DNA of 64,000 nt from the NCBI GenBank assembly GCA_035528115.1, contig DATKZF010000002.1:5751-69750 (forward strand). The letters run 5' to 3'. Position numbers and translations under genes: made by a program. Below the pieces are notes generated by a model. It was not told the origin of the DNA and ran no database searches. It saw only the letters and a program-made list of their open reading frames with translations. Shown in pieces: positions 47,205 to 58,000 of the stretch (position 1 is the stretch's first letter; every line of letters starts with the position of its first letter). The DNA comes from Candidatus Bipolaricaulota bacterium (GTDB lineage: Bacteria; Patescibacteriota; Patescibacteriia; UBA11705; DATKZF01).

Positions 47205-47565
47205 GACTACGAACCTACAAAATACTACAAATACTACGAAAACAAAGCCATATTAATAATATTCGTAATTATTTGTATTAAATTCAAAACCTTTTATTTG
47301 TAAATTCGTAACCATTGGTAACCACTTAAATAAATATTCGTAACATTTGTAACCATTCGTAACAAAACAAAAAAAACTACAGCCAAGTCTAGCTTATTAG
47401 ATGTAGTAATTTGTAATCCACCCAAATACCTGTCCCATTTGTAATTATTCGTAATAAAACCCAAATAATTTTTATTTTTAATAATTTGTAACCACTCAAT
47501 TGCCAATTCAATTTGTAACTATTTGTAATAAAACTTCAAAAACAAAAACTAAGGCTATCTTAATA
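47205..47565. repeat. long array of TACGAA/TTCGTAA/TTTGTAA units and composite AGCTTATTAG-N8-10-TTTGTAA repeats
   Basis: For example atttgtaattattcgtaataaaac, atttgtaactatttgtaataaaac, tagcttattagatgtagtaatttgtaa, ctatcttaatagcggcagtcatttgtaa. Confidence 0.55.
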
Positions 47566-47610
47566 GCGGCAGTCATTTGTAATAAATTTAAAACCGCCGA
47601 TTTCATGCAA

Positions 47611-48072
47611 TCAGCGGCTGTCTTCACTGAAATAGAAGTCCCTGTCCGGCCGCAGACTGTGCGGCAGGTTCTGCGCCGCCCAGCTCATCAGCCTAGCCAC
47701 GGCCACCACGACCAAAATGTCGCCGCACTCAGCCGCTTTCATCCAGTGGATGAAAACCGCGTTCATGAAGAGCTCGGCCTTCTTTGTCATCGGCTTGATC
47801 TTGATCTCGCCAACGAAACTCAACTGATCTTCGTAGAACCGCATGGCCAGAAACGCCCGGCCGTCGATCGACACTCCTTCAAGCAAGTGAACATCCGGAA
47901 AGGGAAGACCATCGGGCTTCAAGGAAAACATCCTGGCCGCGCCCGGGTTTCCGATGCGCGTCTGAATCAACCCTCCCTGTTGCGAGAACAAGGCCACGAA
48001 AAGCCTCCTCCCAACTATTGAATACGGCACCAGCGCCACCTCTTGATCTTGTTGCACCTGAACCTCCTTCAT
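47611..48072 (-). CDS. hypothetical protein in a GC-rich islet
   Basis: AAGGAGGAG RBS directly upstream. About 58 % GC. Bounded by repeat arrays on both sides. Confidence 0.4.
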   Translation of the reverse strand: MKEVQVQQDQEVALVPYSIVGRRLFVALFSQQGGLIQTRIGNPGAARMFSLKPDGLPFPDVHLLEGVSIDGRAFLAMRFYEDQLSFVGEIKIKPMTKKAELFMNAVFIHWMKAAECGDILVVVAVARLMSWAAQNLPHSLRPDRDFYFSEDSR

Positions 48073-48159
48073 AGTCTCCTCCTTGCGTGATAGTGGTTGG
48101 CAGTCGAGAACACGTTATCGAAAAAGGCGGTCATTGTCAAACAATGCGCGAGCTTTTAG

Positions 48160-48330
48160 GTAGTAGCTTATTAGCTTTTCAGGTAGCTCCCAACCAGCCA
48201 ATAAGCTGATTTGTAATTATTCGTAATTTCTAGGCAAAGGCAAGCTTAATAGCTTCAGTAATTCGTAATAAAACAGGTAAACCTAAACCTAGCTTGTCCT
48301 ATTAGATTCTACTATTCGTAATTTTAAAAA
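48160..48330. repeat. composite AGCTTATTAG ... TTCGTAA repeat array
   Basis: tagcttattagcttttcaggtagc..ccaataagctgatttgtaattattcgtaa, aagcttaatagcttcagtaattcgtaa, ctagcttgtcctattagattctactattcgtaa. Confidence 0.5.
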
Positions 48331-48356
48331 CGCTACCCAGTGTGGTAGCGTTCCTC

Positions 48357-49004
48357 CTAAATCTTGATTCCCTCCTTGACGAAACCGTTCCGAATTCCCA
48401 CCATGGCCGCTGCCAAGACGATGATATCGTCGAGGATGGTCCTGGCTCCGGGCCGGAGAATGTATGAGTTCGACGCTTTCTCGAACAACTCGTCGTGCGT
48501 CGCCAACACCCCGGGATATCGTTTCCACTCTCCCAGATCGCCGGGCAACGGGACCTCAAAGGCCGTGGACTTATGCTGATTCGCGAGCAACCGCTTGACC
48601 TCGGTCAGCGCATATTCCGCCGGCTCGTGGAGTTCAACGATGCGCATGCGCAGATCCTGCGCCGCCAAATGCGCTACCTCACGCGCGCAGTAAGTGGCGC
48701 TGCCCTTGCCTACCTTGAGTGAAGCCAACAAATTGCTTCGTTCACTTTGCAAATCCCTCTTTTTGGGATTCGCCCCCTTGCCTTTTACGTTGCCGTTCGG
48801 CTGTTCGGCAAACAGCTTGGGACGTTCTCTGAGCGGGCAGTCCTCATAGTGCTCGCATCGCTCGCCTTTCATCGGATCGCTCGGTCCGGCAACCCTTTCC
48901 TTGCCGAACCAAAACCCTAGACTCGCGAGGCACGGCTTTCTTCTCGATTCCCAAATCCCCCGTAGCTCTCCCTCCACGGCATACCTCCTCTTTCGCTGCG
49001 TCAC
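48357..49004 (-). CDS. hypothetical protein in a GC-rich islet (4 Cys; CEHYEDCPLRERPKLF motif)
   Basis: ORF with about 55 % GC. The C-x5-C-P-L-R-x-R-P-x-L-F segment resembles the Fe-S loop of family 4 UDGs, but the GEAPG motif is absent. Confidence 0.35.
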   Translation of the reverse strand: MTQRKRRYAVEGELRGIWESRRKPCLASLGFWFGKERVAGPSDPMKGERCEHYEDCPLRERPKLFAEQPNGNVKGKGANPKKRDLQSERSNLLASLKVGKGSATYCAREVAHLAAQDLRMRIVELHEPAEYALTEVKRLLANQHKSTAFEVPLPGDLGEWKRYPGVLATHDELFEKASNSYILRPGARTILDDIIVLAAAMVGIRNGFVKEGIKI

Positions 49005-49133
49005 GGTTGATTACTGTCGAAATTTTATTAAATTTAGAAAATAATGTCAATTTTTTAAATTCAAAAAAGCGTCTTTTCAAAAACAAGACGCCTTAATCGC
49101 CCCGAACAAAAAAATTGTTCTCACAATAACTTT

Positions 49134-50414
49134 TTACCCCATTTCGCCTCCCCTTGCCACCAAAGAATTGTATGCATCCATCAATTTCAAATAATATTCA
49201 CCTGAATTATACTCTTTTTCCGCCTTTTCCCTAGCCTCATTTCCCATTTTTATCAACTTCTCCTTATCATTATACGAAGACTCAATAATTTTTTTCAGCG
49301 ACTCAATATCGCCGACTTTAACCTGATAACCGGTCTTTTCTTCATCAATCAATTCCTGCATGGCTCCGCGTTGATTGGCCACAATGACTTTGCCCAAAGC
49401 CATGCCTTCGAGAATGGTCAAGCCGAAAGTTTCATAATATTTGGACAAATTGAGCACCAAACGAGCGCCGCTGACCTCTTTAATCAAAGCCGACCAGCCG
49501 AGGTGAGGAATAAACTCGATATTTTTCAAATCTTTCGCCAAATCTTTTATTTTCGCTTCATCCGGACCCGAGCCGATTATTTTCAAATGAATATTCGGCA
49601 ACCCTCTCATGACCTTGATCAAAGTGTCATATCCCTTGGCCATTTCCAATCTGCTGTATGAAATGATGTAATCTTTTAATTCGCTGGTCGCGTGAAATCT
49701 GTCCAAATCAATAAAATGAGGCAAGACCCTGATTTTCCCCTCGGGCCAACCCCATTCCACAAACTTGTTTTTGGTGAAATTACTCGGCGTCAAAAACAAA
49801 TCAATGTTTTTTTGATAAACATTCATTAATCGATGAATGGTCGATTCAACGGCAATGGCCAGTCCGGCCAACCGGGAATTCTTGAAACATTTCTGAAACA
49901 CCGGTTGATAGTATTTATAGCGTTTGCATTTTTCGCACACATCCGTTTTATTGAACAGCGTGTAATTGGGACAAATCAATTTATAATCATGGACGGTCAT
50001 CACCGATGGAATATTTCTTTCTTTGGCCGCGGATAAAATCGACGGCGATATTTGATGATAAATATTATGATAATGAATGACATCCGGCTTGAATTCATCC
50101 AGCATTTTTGCGAATTTTCTTTTGGCGTCCAATGAATAAATCATTCGACCGATCATCTTTAAACCGGTCAAACTGTAAATAGGCTTTGACATATCCACAT
50201 AGCTGACGAAATATTTATCAAAATCGCTCTGCTGATTTTGCGGGTGATGCATGGAAAAAAACGCGACCTGATGCCCCTCTTCCGATAATAACCTGGCCTG
50301 CTCGAACATGGAAATTTCAGCGCCGCCTTTCGGGTAAAAAAACTTATTGACCAGCAATATTTTCATATTTTTCAAACTTTTAATTTTTCTTTTTGCGCCA
50401 AGGAAACCACGCAA
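49134..50414 (-). CDS. family 4 (GT-B) glycosyltransferase
   Basis: ETFGLTILEGMALGKVIVANQRGAMQELIDEEKTGYQV (E-x7-E region). Confidence 0.8.
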   Translation of the reverse strand: MRGFLGAKRKIKSLKNMKILLVNKFFYPKGGAEISMFEQARLLSEEGHQVAFFSMHHPQNQQSDFDKYFVSYVDMSKPIYSLTGLKMIGRMIYSLDAKRKFAKMLDEFKPDVIHYHNIYHQISPSILSAAKERNIPSVMTVHDYKLICPNYTLFNKTDVCEKCKRYKYYQPVFQKCFKNSRLAGLAIAVESTIHRLMNVYQKNIDLFLTPSNFTKNKFVEWGWPEGKIRVLPHFIDLDRFHATSELKDYIISYSRLEMAKGYDTLIKVMRGLPNIHLKIIGSGPDEAKIKDLAKDLKNIEFIPHLGWSALIKEVSGARLVLNLSKYYETFGLTILEGMALGKVIVANQRGAMQELIDEEKTGYQVKVGDIESLKKIIESSYNDKEKLIKMGNEAREKAEKEYNSGEYYLKLMDAYNSLVARGGEMG

Positions 50415-51913
50415 GCCAGCGTCAACCAGAAATAAAACGCCAACGTGCGCACTTCAAGGTAAGTGCCGAGCAAGGCTTGAAAACCGACGGCCAAAACAAT
50501 GCCCACGCAAGCGAACGACAATGCCCGCAAAAACTTATCCTTGGTCGATTTATATACTTTTAAATTATAAACCAACAACAGCACAAAAGCCACCACATAA
50601 GCGCAAAATCCCACAATGCCGGTCTCTCCGAGTAATGAGAACCAATTGTTATCGATATAACCTTCAGTGCCGTAAACGCCGAAAGGCAAGCTCAATTTGT
50701 CGTAAACGGTCGTATTATGCAGAGCCGCCACCGCTCCCCCGCCGTATTGACCGGGTCCGGCCCCGAAAACCGGATACGCGGGCAAAACCGTGGTTAACGT
50801 ATTTACGAAAAAATACAACCGGCCGAAATAATAATATTCTCCCCGCCATCTGGCCAATGAAAACGCTTCGAAAAATCTCTCCGAGATGGTTTGACCGGGC
50901 ACGTCCGTCAAATATTTCACGGCAATGCCGGAGTACAATAAATACGAAGACAGCAACGCGACCAAAATCACGAAAACGATAAGCACTCTTCTGTCTTTTC
51001 GTAAAAAAATCGCAATGAATAAAAAAGCTCCCAAAAAACCGAACCAAGACGCGCGCGAATAGGTCAAAATCAAAGCGGGAAAACCCAAGATAAAAATCAG
51101 CCATTTAACATATTTCTTTCTGATAAATTCCGGGTTGTAATACATCAGACCGACCGCGATCAGCAAAACCAAACATAAAAATGTTCCCAGCTGATCATAT
51201 CTGCCCATAAAGGCGCTGACTCTCTGACCCGGCTCCCAAAATTGATCAGTGCCTGAAGTCAGCTGAATGTCGCCGTAAAACTTCCTGTCTTCGGGAATCA
51301 AAATACTGTCCGCCGGCGCTCCGATAGCCGCCTGCAATACGCCCACTCCACTTTGAAAAACCAAAATTATCAACAACACTTTGATAATTTGTTTAATAAA
51401 ATTTTTGTCGAGATTCAAATATACTATGGTGTAAAAAAGCAAAATAAATCGGATTATTTGCCTGATGCCCAAAACTGAAATCTTCAGTGGCACGAAATTA
51501 ACCACAGCTGAAATTATCATGACAATAAAAAAAATCAGCATGGGAATGTCAATCGGCGTTTTCTTATATTTTCTGGTGTACAAAATTTTCAAAAAAGCGA
51601 CCAGCGTCAATAAATACAACAAGCCTTCGCTGAAATATCTGGCAAAGATATATATCGAGTCCGGGACATATTTTAAAACAAACGGTTCAAAAGCTATATA
51701 GGCGATCAAAAAAAGCAAGATTAATTTAGGTCGAAGAAACGTCAACACAACGAAAATCGCGCCGACGAAAAAACTTATGGCGAGCAGCGGCGAATAAAAA
51801 ACTATCATCGCGCTGGCGAATACAATCACGATTGATAAAAAAACAATCTTTTTTAAATTAAGTCCTGAAAATTCGTCGTCCGAAAACGACTCCATTTTTT
51901 TTAACAAAGACAT
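50372..51913 (-). CDS. O-antigen ligase/polymerase (Wzy_C)-like polytopic membrane protein
   Basis: About 12 TM helices. Periplasmic loop with LTYSRASWFGFLGAF, typical of the WaaL/Wzy_C family. Confidence 0.6.
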   Translation of the reverse strand: MSLLKKMESFSDDEFSGLNLKKIVFLSIVIVFASAMIVFYSPLLAISFFVGAIFVVLTFLRPKLILLFLIAYIAFEPFVLKYVPDSIYIFARYFSEGLLYLLTLVAFLKILYTRKYKKTPIDIPMLIFFIVMIISAVVNFVPLKISVLGIRQIIRFILLFYTIVYLNLDKNFIKQIIKVLLIILVFQSGVGVLQAAIGAPADSILIPEDRKFYGDIQLTSGTDQFWEPGQRVSAFMGRYDQLGTFLCLVLLIAVGLMYYNPEFIRKKYVKWLIFILGFPALILTYSRASWFGFLGAFLFIAIFLRKDRRVLIVFVILVALLSSYLLYSGIAVKYLTDVPGQTISERFFEAFSLARWRGEYYYFGRLYFFVNTLTTVLPAYPVFGAGPGQYGGGAVAALHNTTVYDKLSLPFGVYGTEGYIDNNWFSLLGETGIVGFCAYVVAFVLLLVYNLKVYKSTKDKFLRALSFACVGIVLAVGFQALLGTYLEVRTLAFYFWLTLACVVSLAQKEKLKV

Positions 51914-51973
51914 ATTTACAAATATTATAACATAAATATGACAATCCGATAAATATCATTTTAAAATTATAAA

Positions 51974-52038
51974 AGGGATAGATAAATCTATCCCTTTAGG
52001 CTGACTTTGTCAGCCGGTTAGGTGGCGCTATGGCGCCA
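51974..52038 (-). terminator. three consecutive hairpins (gggatagataaatctatccc; ggctgactttgtcagcc; gtggcgctatggcgccac) downstream of giant gene, at the 33->65 % GC junction
   Basis: Perfect short palindromes read directly. T-rich tract after the first hairpin on the minus strand. Confidence 0.45.
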
Positions 52039-55000
52039 CGCCGCAGTCAAGAGGACACGAGTCCGGGGTCTCGTTCTGGGAGCAGAACAGATCCCCGCAC
52101 ACTTCCCCGCAGTCGGCCGGGCACGAGTTCGTGGTCTCGCTCGCCCGACAGACGGAATCTCCGCAAACGACGCCGCAGTCGGCTCGGCAAGAAACAGTAT
52201 CTTCACCGAGGCCGCAGAAGCCGTCGCCGCAGGACGAGCCACAGTCGCTCGCGCAAGTGACCGGCGTTTCAGGCGCCACGCACGCGCCGTCTCCGCAAAT
52301 CACCCCGCAATCGGCCGGGCAGTTGATGGTGTCCTCGCCGACTCCGCAGAAGCCGTTGCCACACGGTTCTCCGCAATCAGCCGGACACGTTCTGGTGTTT
52401 TCGTTCGCGCTGCAGAGTGTGTCGCCACACTCCCAGCCGCAATCGGCTTCGCAGTTCACGGAACTCTCGAAGCCGTTGCAAATGCCGTCTCCGCAGAGCG
52501 ACCCGCAATCCGCGGCGCAGTTGATCGAGGTTTCGACCGCCGCGTCACAGAAAGCGTCGCCGCAATTTTGGCCGCAATCGCCGGCGCAGTTCGCCGACGT
52601 CTCGCCTCCATTGCAGACATGGTCGCCACATCGGGTACCGCAGTCTGCTGGGCAATTCAGCGTGGTTTCGCCGGGAGTGCAGTCGCCGTTGCCGCAGACG
52701 CTTCCGCAATCTGCCGGACAAGTGGCGCTGTTTTCGTTCTGCGAGCAGTAGGCGTCGCCGCATTCCTGTCCGCAGTCCTCCTCGCAGATGGACGAATCCT
52801 CGCTCGCCCCGCAGGTCGTATCGCCGCAAGCGTCGCCGCAGTCGGCGGGACAGCTGGTCGTCGTTTCCGACTCCCCGCATGTACCGTCGCCGCAAGCATT
52901 GCCGCAGTCAGCCGGGCATGTCACCTGCGTTTCCGCGCCGTTGCAGGCATCATCACCGCAAACATATCCGCAATCGCTCGGACACGTCACCGTGTCTTCG
53001 CCGACACCGCAGATCTTGTTGCCGCAATTCTCGCCGCAATCGGCCGGGCACGTCCGGGTGTCTTCGTTCGGCGAGCAGTATGCGTCTCCGCATACCGCGC
53101 CGCAATCGCTTTCGCAGCTCACCGAGTTTTCCGACTCGCCACATACCATGTCACCGCAGGAATCCCCGCAGTCCACGGCGCAGCTTGCCGAAGTCTCGCC
53201 GGCCGCGCAGAAACCATCGCCGCATTCCAGGCCGCAGTCGGCCGGGCAATTCAGCGTGGTCTCGGTCCAGTTGCAGGCACCATCCCCGCAGGACGAGCCG
53301 CAGTCAAGTGGACAAATCCACGTGCCTTCGCTCATCGAGCAGTAGCCGTCACCACAGGATTCCCCGCAGTCCGGCAGGCAGGTGGCGCTGCTTTCGTTCT
53401 GCGAACAGTAGGCGTCGCCGCACTCCTGTCCGCAATCCGGTTCGCACGAGGACGAATCCTCGTTCCTGCCGCACGCGCCGTCCCCGCAGATATCGCCGCA
53501 GTCATCGGGGCAGCTCGTCGAGCTCTCGCTCGATCCGCATGTCCCGTCGCCACAGCTGTCTCCGCAGTCCGCCGGACACGTCGCGGAATTCTCGGCGCCG
53601 TTGCACGACGTATCGCCGCAGGTCGAGCCACAGTCCGCCGGACAAGAGGACGTATCCTCTCCGTTGCCGCAAACGCCGTTTCCACAACGCTCACCGCAAT
53701 CGTCCGGACACCTGACCGTGTTCTCTCCGCTACCGCAGAAGCCGTCACCGCAGTTCACGCCGCAATCGCTTTCGCAGCTCGCCGGAGTCTCCGACGATCC
53801 GCACACCGTATCACCGCAGGCATCCCCGCAATCCACGGCGCAGTTCGTCGAAGTCTCGCCGGCCGCGCAATAGGCGTCGCCACACTGCGCCCCACAGTCC
53901 GTGAGGCAACTCCAGGTGGTCTCGCCCCAGTTGCACACGCCGTCTCCGCAGCTCGGCCCACAGTCGGCCGGGCAGTTCATCGAGCCTTCGCTCGAAGAAC
54001 ACCACCCGTCGCCGCAGGATTCCCCGCAGTCCGTCATGCACGTAACCGTGGTTTCGGTCCCGTTGCAGGTTCCGTCACCACACTCAGTGCCGCAATCCAG
54101 CGCGCACGTCACCGTGTCCTCGCTGGTATCGCATGCCCCGTCTCCGCAGTACGGCCCGCAGTCCGCGGGACAGCTCGACGTCGTCTCCGACGCTCCGCAC
54201 GTCCCGTCGCCACAGGCGTCGCCACAGTCGCTCGGGCAGCTCGCCGGAGTCTCGGCTCCGTTGCATGCGGCGTCCCCGCAGTTCGTCCCGCAGTCATCCG
54301 GGCACGTCACCGAGCTTTCACTCGATCCGCACGCCGAATCTCCGCAGAAGTCACCGCAGTCCGCCGGGCAACTTCCCTCGTCCTCCGTAGCCGTATCGCA
54401 CTGACCATCGCCACACTGCGTGCCGCAATCGGTCGCGCAGGTCACGCTGGTCTCGCTTCCGTTGCACCTGCCGTCTCCGCAGGTGACCCCACAGTCAAAC
54501 GGGCAGCTCCACGTGCTTTCGCTCGTCGAGCAGTAGCCGTCGCCGCAGTAGTCCCCGCAGTCCGCCGGACAGGTCGCGCTCGTCTCCGAGTCCGGCGAGC
54601 AATACGCATCGCCGCACTCCACTCCGCAGTCCGCCTCGCAGCTTGCGCTGTCCTCGGTCGAACCGCAGGTGCTGTCTCCGCAGACGTCGCCGCAGTCCGC
54701 CGGGCACGTGGTCGAACTCTCGCTCGATCCGCATGTCCCGTCGCCGCAGGCGTCGCCGCAGTCCGCCGGACACGTCACGGACGTTTCCGAACCGTTGCAG
54801 GCGCTGTCGCCGCAAACAAATCCACAGTCCATCGGGCACGTAATCGTGTCCTCCTCAGGACCGCAGACCAGGTTGCCGCACGGCTCGCCGCAATCTGCCG
54901 GGCAAGTCAGCGTCGTTTCGTTCGGGGAGCAGTAGTTGTCCCCGCACTCAACGCCGCAGTCCGCCTCGCAACTCGCCGAGGTCTCCGACGATCCGCATGT

Positions 55001-58000
55001 CCCGTCGCCGCAGCTGTCGCCACAGTCATCGGGACACGTCGCCGAGCTCTCGCCGTTGTCGCAGAAACCATCGCCGCACTGCGTGCCGCAATCGGCCGCG
55101 CAGCTGATGGTGGTCTCCGCTCCGTCGCACCGGTCGTCGCCGCAGCTGGTGCCGCAGTCAGCCGGGCAGCTCGCCGTACTCTCGTTCGCCGAGCAATAGG
55201 TATCACCGCATGCCTCGCCGCAATCGGCGGGGCAAGTCAACGTCGTTTCGGAGCTCGACGAGCAATACGCATCGCCGCACTCCACTCCGCAGTCCGCCTC
55301 GCAGCTTGCGCTGTCCTCGGTCGAACCGCAGGTGTTGTCTCCGCAGACGTCGCCGCAGTCCACCGGGCACGTGGTCGAACTCTCGCTCGATCCGCATGTC
55401 CCGTCGCCGCAGGCGTCTCCGCAGTCGGCCGCACACGTCGCCGGGGTTTCCGCCGTCGGGTCACAGTACGTGTCCCCGCAGACGAATCCGCAGTCGCTCG
55501 GACACGTCACCGTGTCCTCGCCCACTCCGCAGACCCCATTGCCGCACGGCTCCCCACAGTCAGCAGGGCAGCTCACGTCGCTCTCCGTCGGGGAACAGTA
55601 GTTGTCCCCGCACTCAACGCCGCAATCCGCCTCGCAACTCGCCGAATTCTCAGACTCGCCGCACAGGCCGTCACCGCAGGCATCCCCGCAGTCGGCCGGG
55701 CAGCTGATCGTGGTCTCGGATGCGCCGCAGTAACCGTCGCCACAACCGTCCCCGCAATCGCCGGGGCAGCTGGCGAACGTTTCGAGACCGTTGCAGGTCC
55801 CGTCACCGCATTGCTGACCGCAGTCAGCCGGGCAGTTGATGGTGTCTTCGCCGACGCCGCACACCGTGTTTCCACACGGCTCGCCGCAATCGGTCGGACA
55901 CCTCACCGAGTTTTCGCTCGGGCTACAGTAGTTGTCGCCACAGACTTCGCCGCAGTCCGCCTCGCAGCTCACGCTGGTTTCGGAAGCGCCGCAGGCGCCG
56001 TCAGCGCACACATCGCCGCAGTCCGCGGGACAGGTGACCGTCGTTTCCGACGCGCCACAAGTACCATCGCCGCACGTGTCGCCGCAATCGGCCGGACACG
56101 TCGCGGGAGTCTCGGTATCGTTACAGGCGCCGTCGCCGCAGAAATGGCCACAGTCCACAAAGCACGAAACCGTGTCCTCGTCCGGACCGCAATAGCCATC
56201 GCCACAGGAGTCGCCGCAATCCTCGGGGCAGTTCGAGAAACTCTCGCCGCCGTTGCACGCGCCGTCGCCACAGCTCTGTCCGCAGTCAGCGGGACAGGAA
56301 ACCGTGGTCTCGGCGCCATCGCACCGGCCATCACCGCAGGAAGTCCCGCAGTCGGCCGGACAGCCCGACGTTGTTTCCATGGTCGAGCAGAAGGTGTCTC
56401 CGCAGGCCGTGCCGCAGTCAGCCTCGCAGCTGACCGTGTCTTCGGACAGGCCGCAGATGCCGTCGCCGCAGTCATCGCCGCAGTCGAGCGGGCAGTCCGT
56501 GCTGTCCTCGTTGGTCGCGCAGAAGCCATCACCGCAGAGCTCGCCGCAATCTGCCGGGCAGGTCACGGAGCTCTCGGTGCCGTTACAGGTCCCGTCGCCG
56601 CACTGCATGCCGCAGTCGGCCGGACAGTTGATGCTGGTCTCGCCGACGCCGCAAACCGTGTTTCCACACGGCTCACCGCAGTCGATGGGACACCTAATAG
56701 TGTTCTCGTCCGACCCGCAGTACCCGTCGCCGCAGGAATCCCCGCAGTCCTCCGGGCAAGTGGCCGAGGTCTCGGTGCCATTGCAGGCGGTATCGCCGCA
56801 GGCAGCGCCGCAGTCGGCAGGGCAAGTGACCGAATTCTCATCCGGCCCGCAGTACCCGTCGCCACAGGCGTCGCCGCAGTCCTCTGGACAGCTGGCGGGA
56901 TTCTCAGCGCCGCTGCACGCGTTGTCGCCGCAGTCGTCGCCGCAATCCGCGGGACATTTCGCCGCGGTTTCATCGAAACCGCAGTAACCGTCGCCGCAGG
57001 AGTCCCCGCAGTCTTCGGGACAACTGGAGTAGGTCTCCGCGCCGTTGCACGTGCCGTCGGGGCAGAATTCCCCGCAGTCCGCGAAACACGACGAAGAGCT
57101 TTCCTCAGGCCCGCAGTACCCGTCTCCGCAAGCGGAGCCGCAGTCCTCCGGGCAATTCGCAGTGGTCTCGGCGCCGCTGCAAGCGTTGTCGCCGCAGTCG
57201 TCGCCGCAATCCGCGGGACAGCTGGCCGCGGTTTCGTCGAAACCACAGTAACCGTCGCCGCAGGTATCCCCACAATCCTCCGGACACGTCGCCGGCGTTT
57301 CACCGCCATTGCACGCGCCGTCGGGACACAGCTCTCCGCAGTCCGAAAGGCACGTCACCGTGCTTTCGTCCGGACCGCAGACGCCGTTACCGCAAACCTC
57401 GCCGCAATCGCTCGGACACTTGACCGTGTCCTCGAGACTCGGCGAACAGAATGCGTCACCGCAGGTCGCCCCGCAGTCGATTTCGCAGCTGGTCGTGGTT
57501 TCCGACGCGCCGCAAACTCCGTCACCGCAGTCGTCCCCACAGTCGGCCGGACAGACACCGGAATTCTCACCGGGTCCGCACGTGCCGTCGCCGCAGTTCT
57601 CCCCGCAGTCGGCCGGGCAGCTGGCCGTCGTCTCGAGCCCGTTGCACGAGCCGTCGCCGCAGCTGTTGCCGCAATCGGCAACGCACGAAGCGGTGGTCTC
57701 AGTCAGGGCGCACACCGTGTTGCCGCAGTACTCGCCGCAATCGGCGGCGCACTTGACCGAATCCTCGTCCGCGGAGCAATGGCCGTCTCCGCAGGACTGA
57801 CCGCAGTCAGCCTCGCAGATGGCCGAGCTCTCCAAGGCGCCGCACGAAGCGTCGCCGCAGACGTTGCCGCAGTCGGCCGGACACGAGATCGTGTCTTCGT
57901 CCGGGCCGCAGAAAACGTCGCCGCATTCGTCCCCACAGTCCTCAGGGCAGGCCGCGTTGGTTTCCGTGCCGTTGCAGGCGCGGTCGCCACACTGCATGCC

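Noticed and set aside
47500-48021. Plus-strand ORF (173 aa) overlapping 47611-48072
   Set aside because: It begins inside the AT-rich repeat array without an RBS and translates to an Arg/His/Pro-rich sequence. The minus-strand ORF has AAGGAGGAG immediately upstream.
22064-48330. CRISPR arrays as explanation for the TCTTGTAA/TTCGTAA/TTTGTAA repeat clusters
   Set aside because: Units are only 7-8 bp (composite units <=55 bp), irregularly spaced and in both orientations. There is no repeat-spacer periodicity of >=23-bp repeats, and no cas genes are present.
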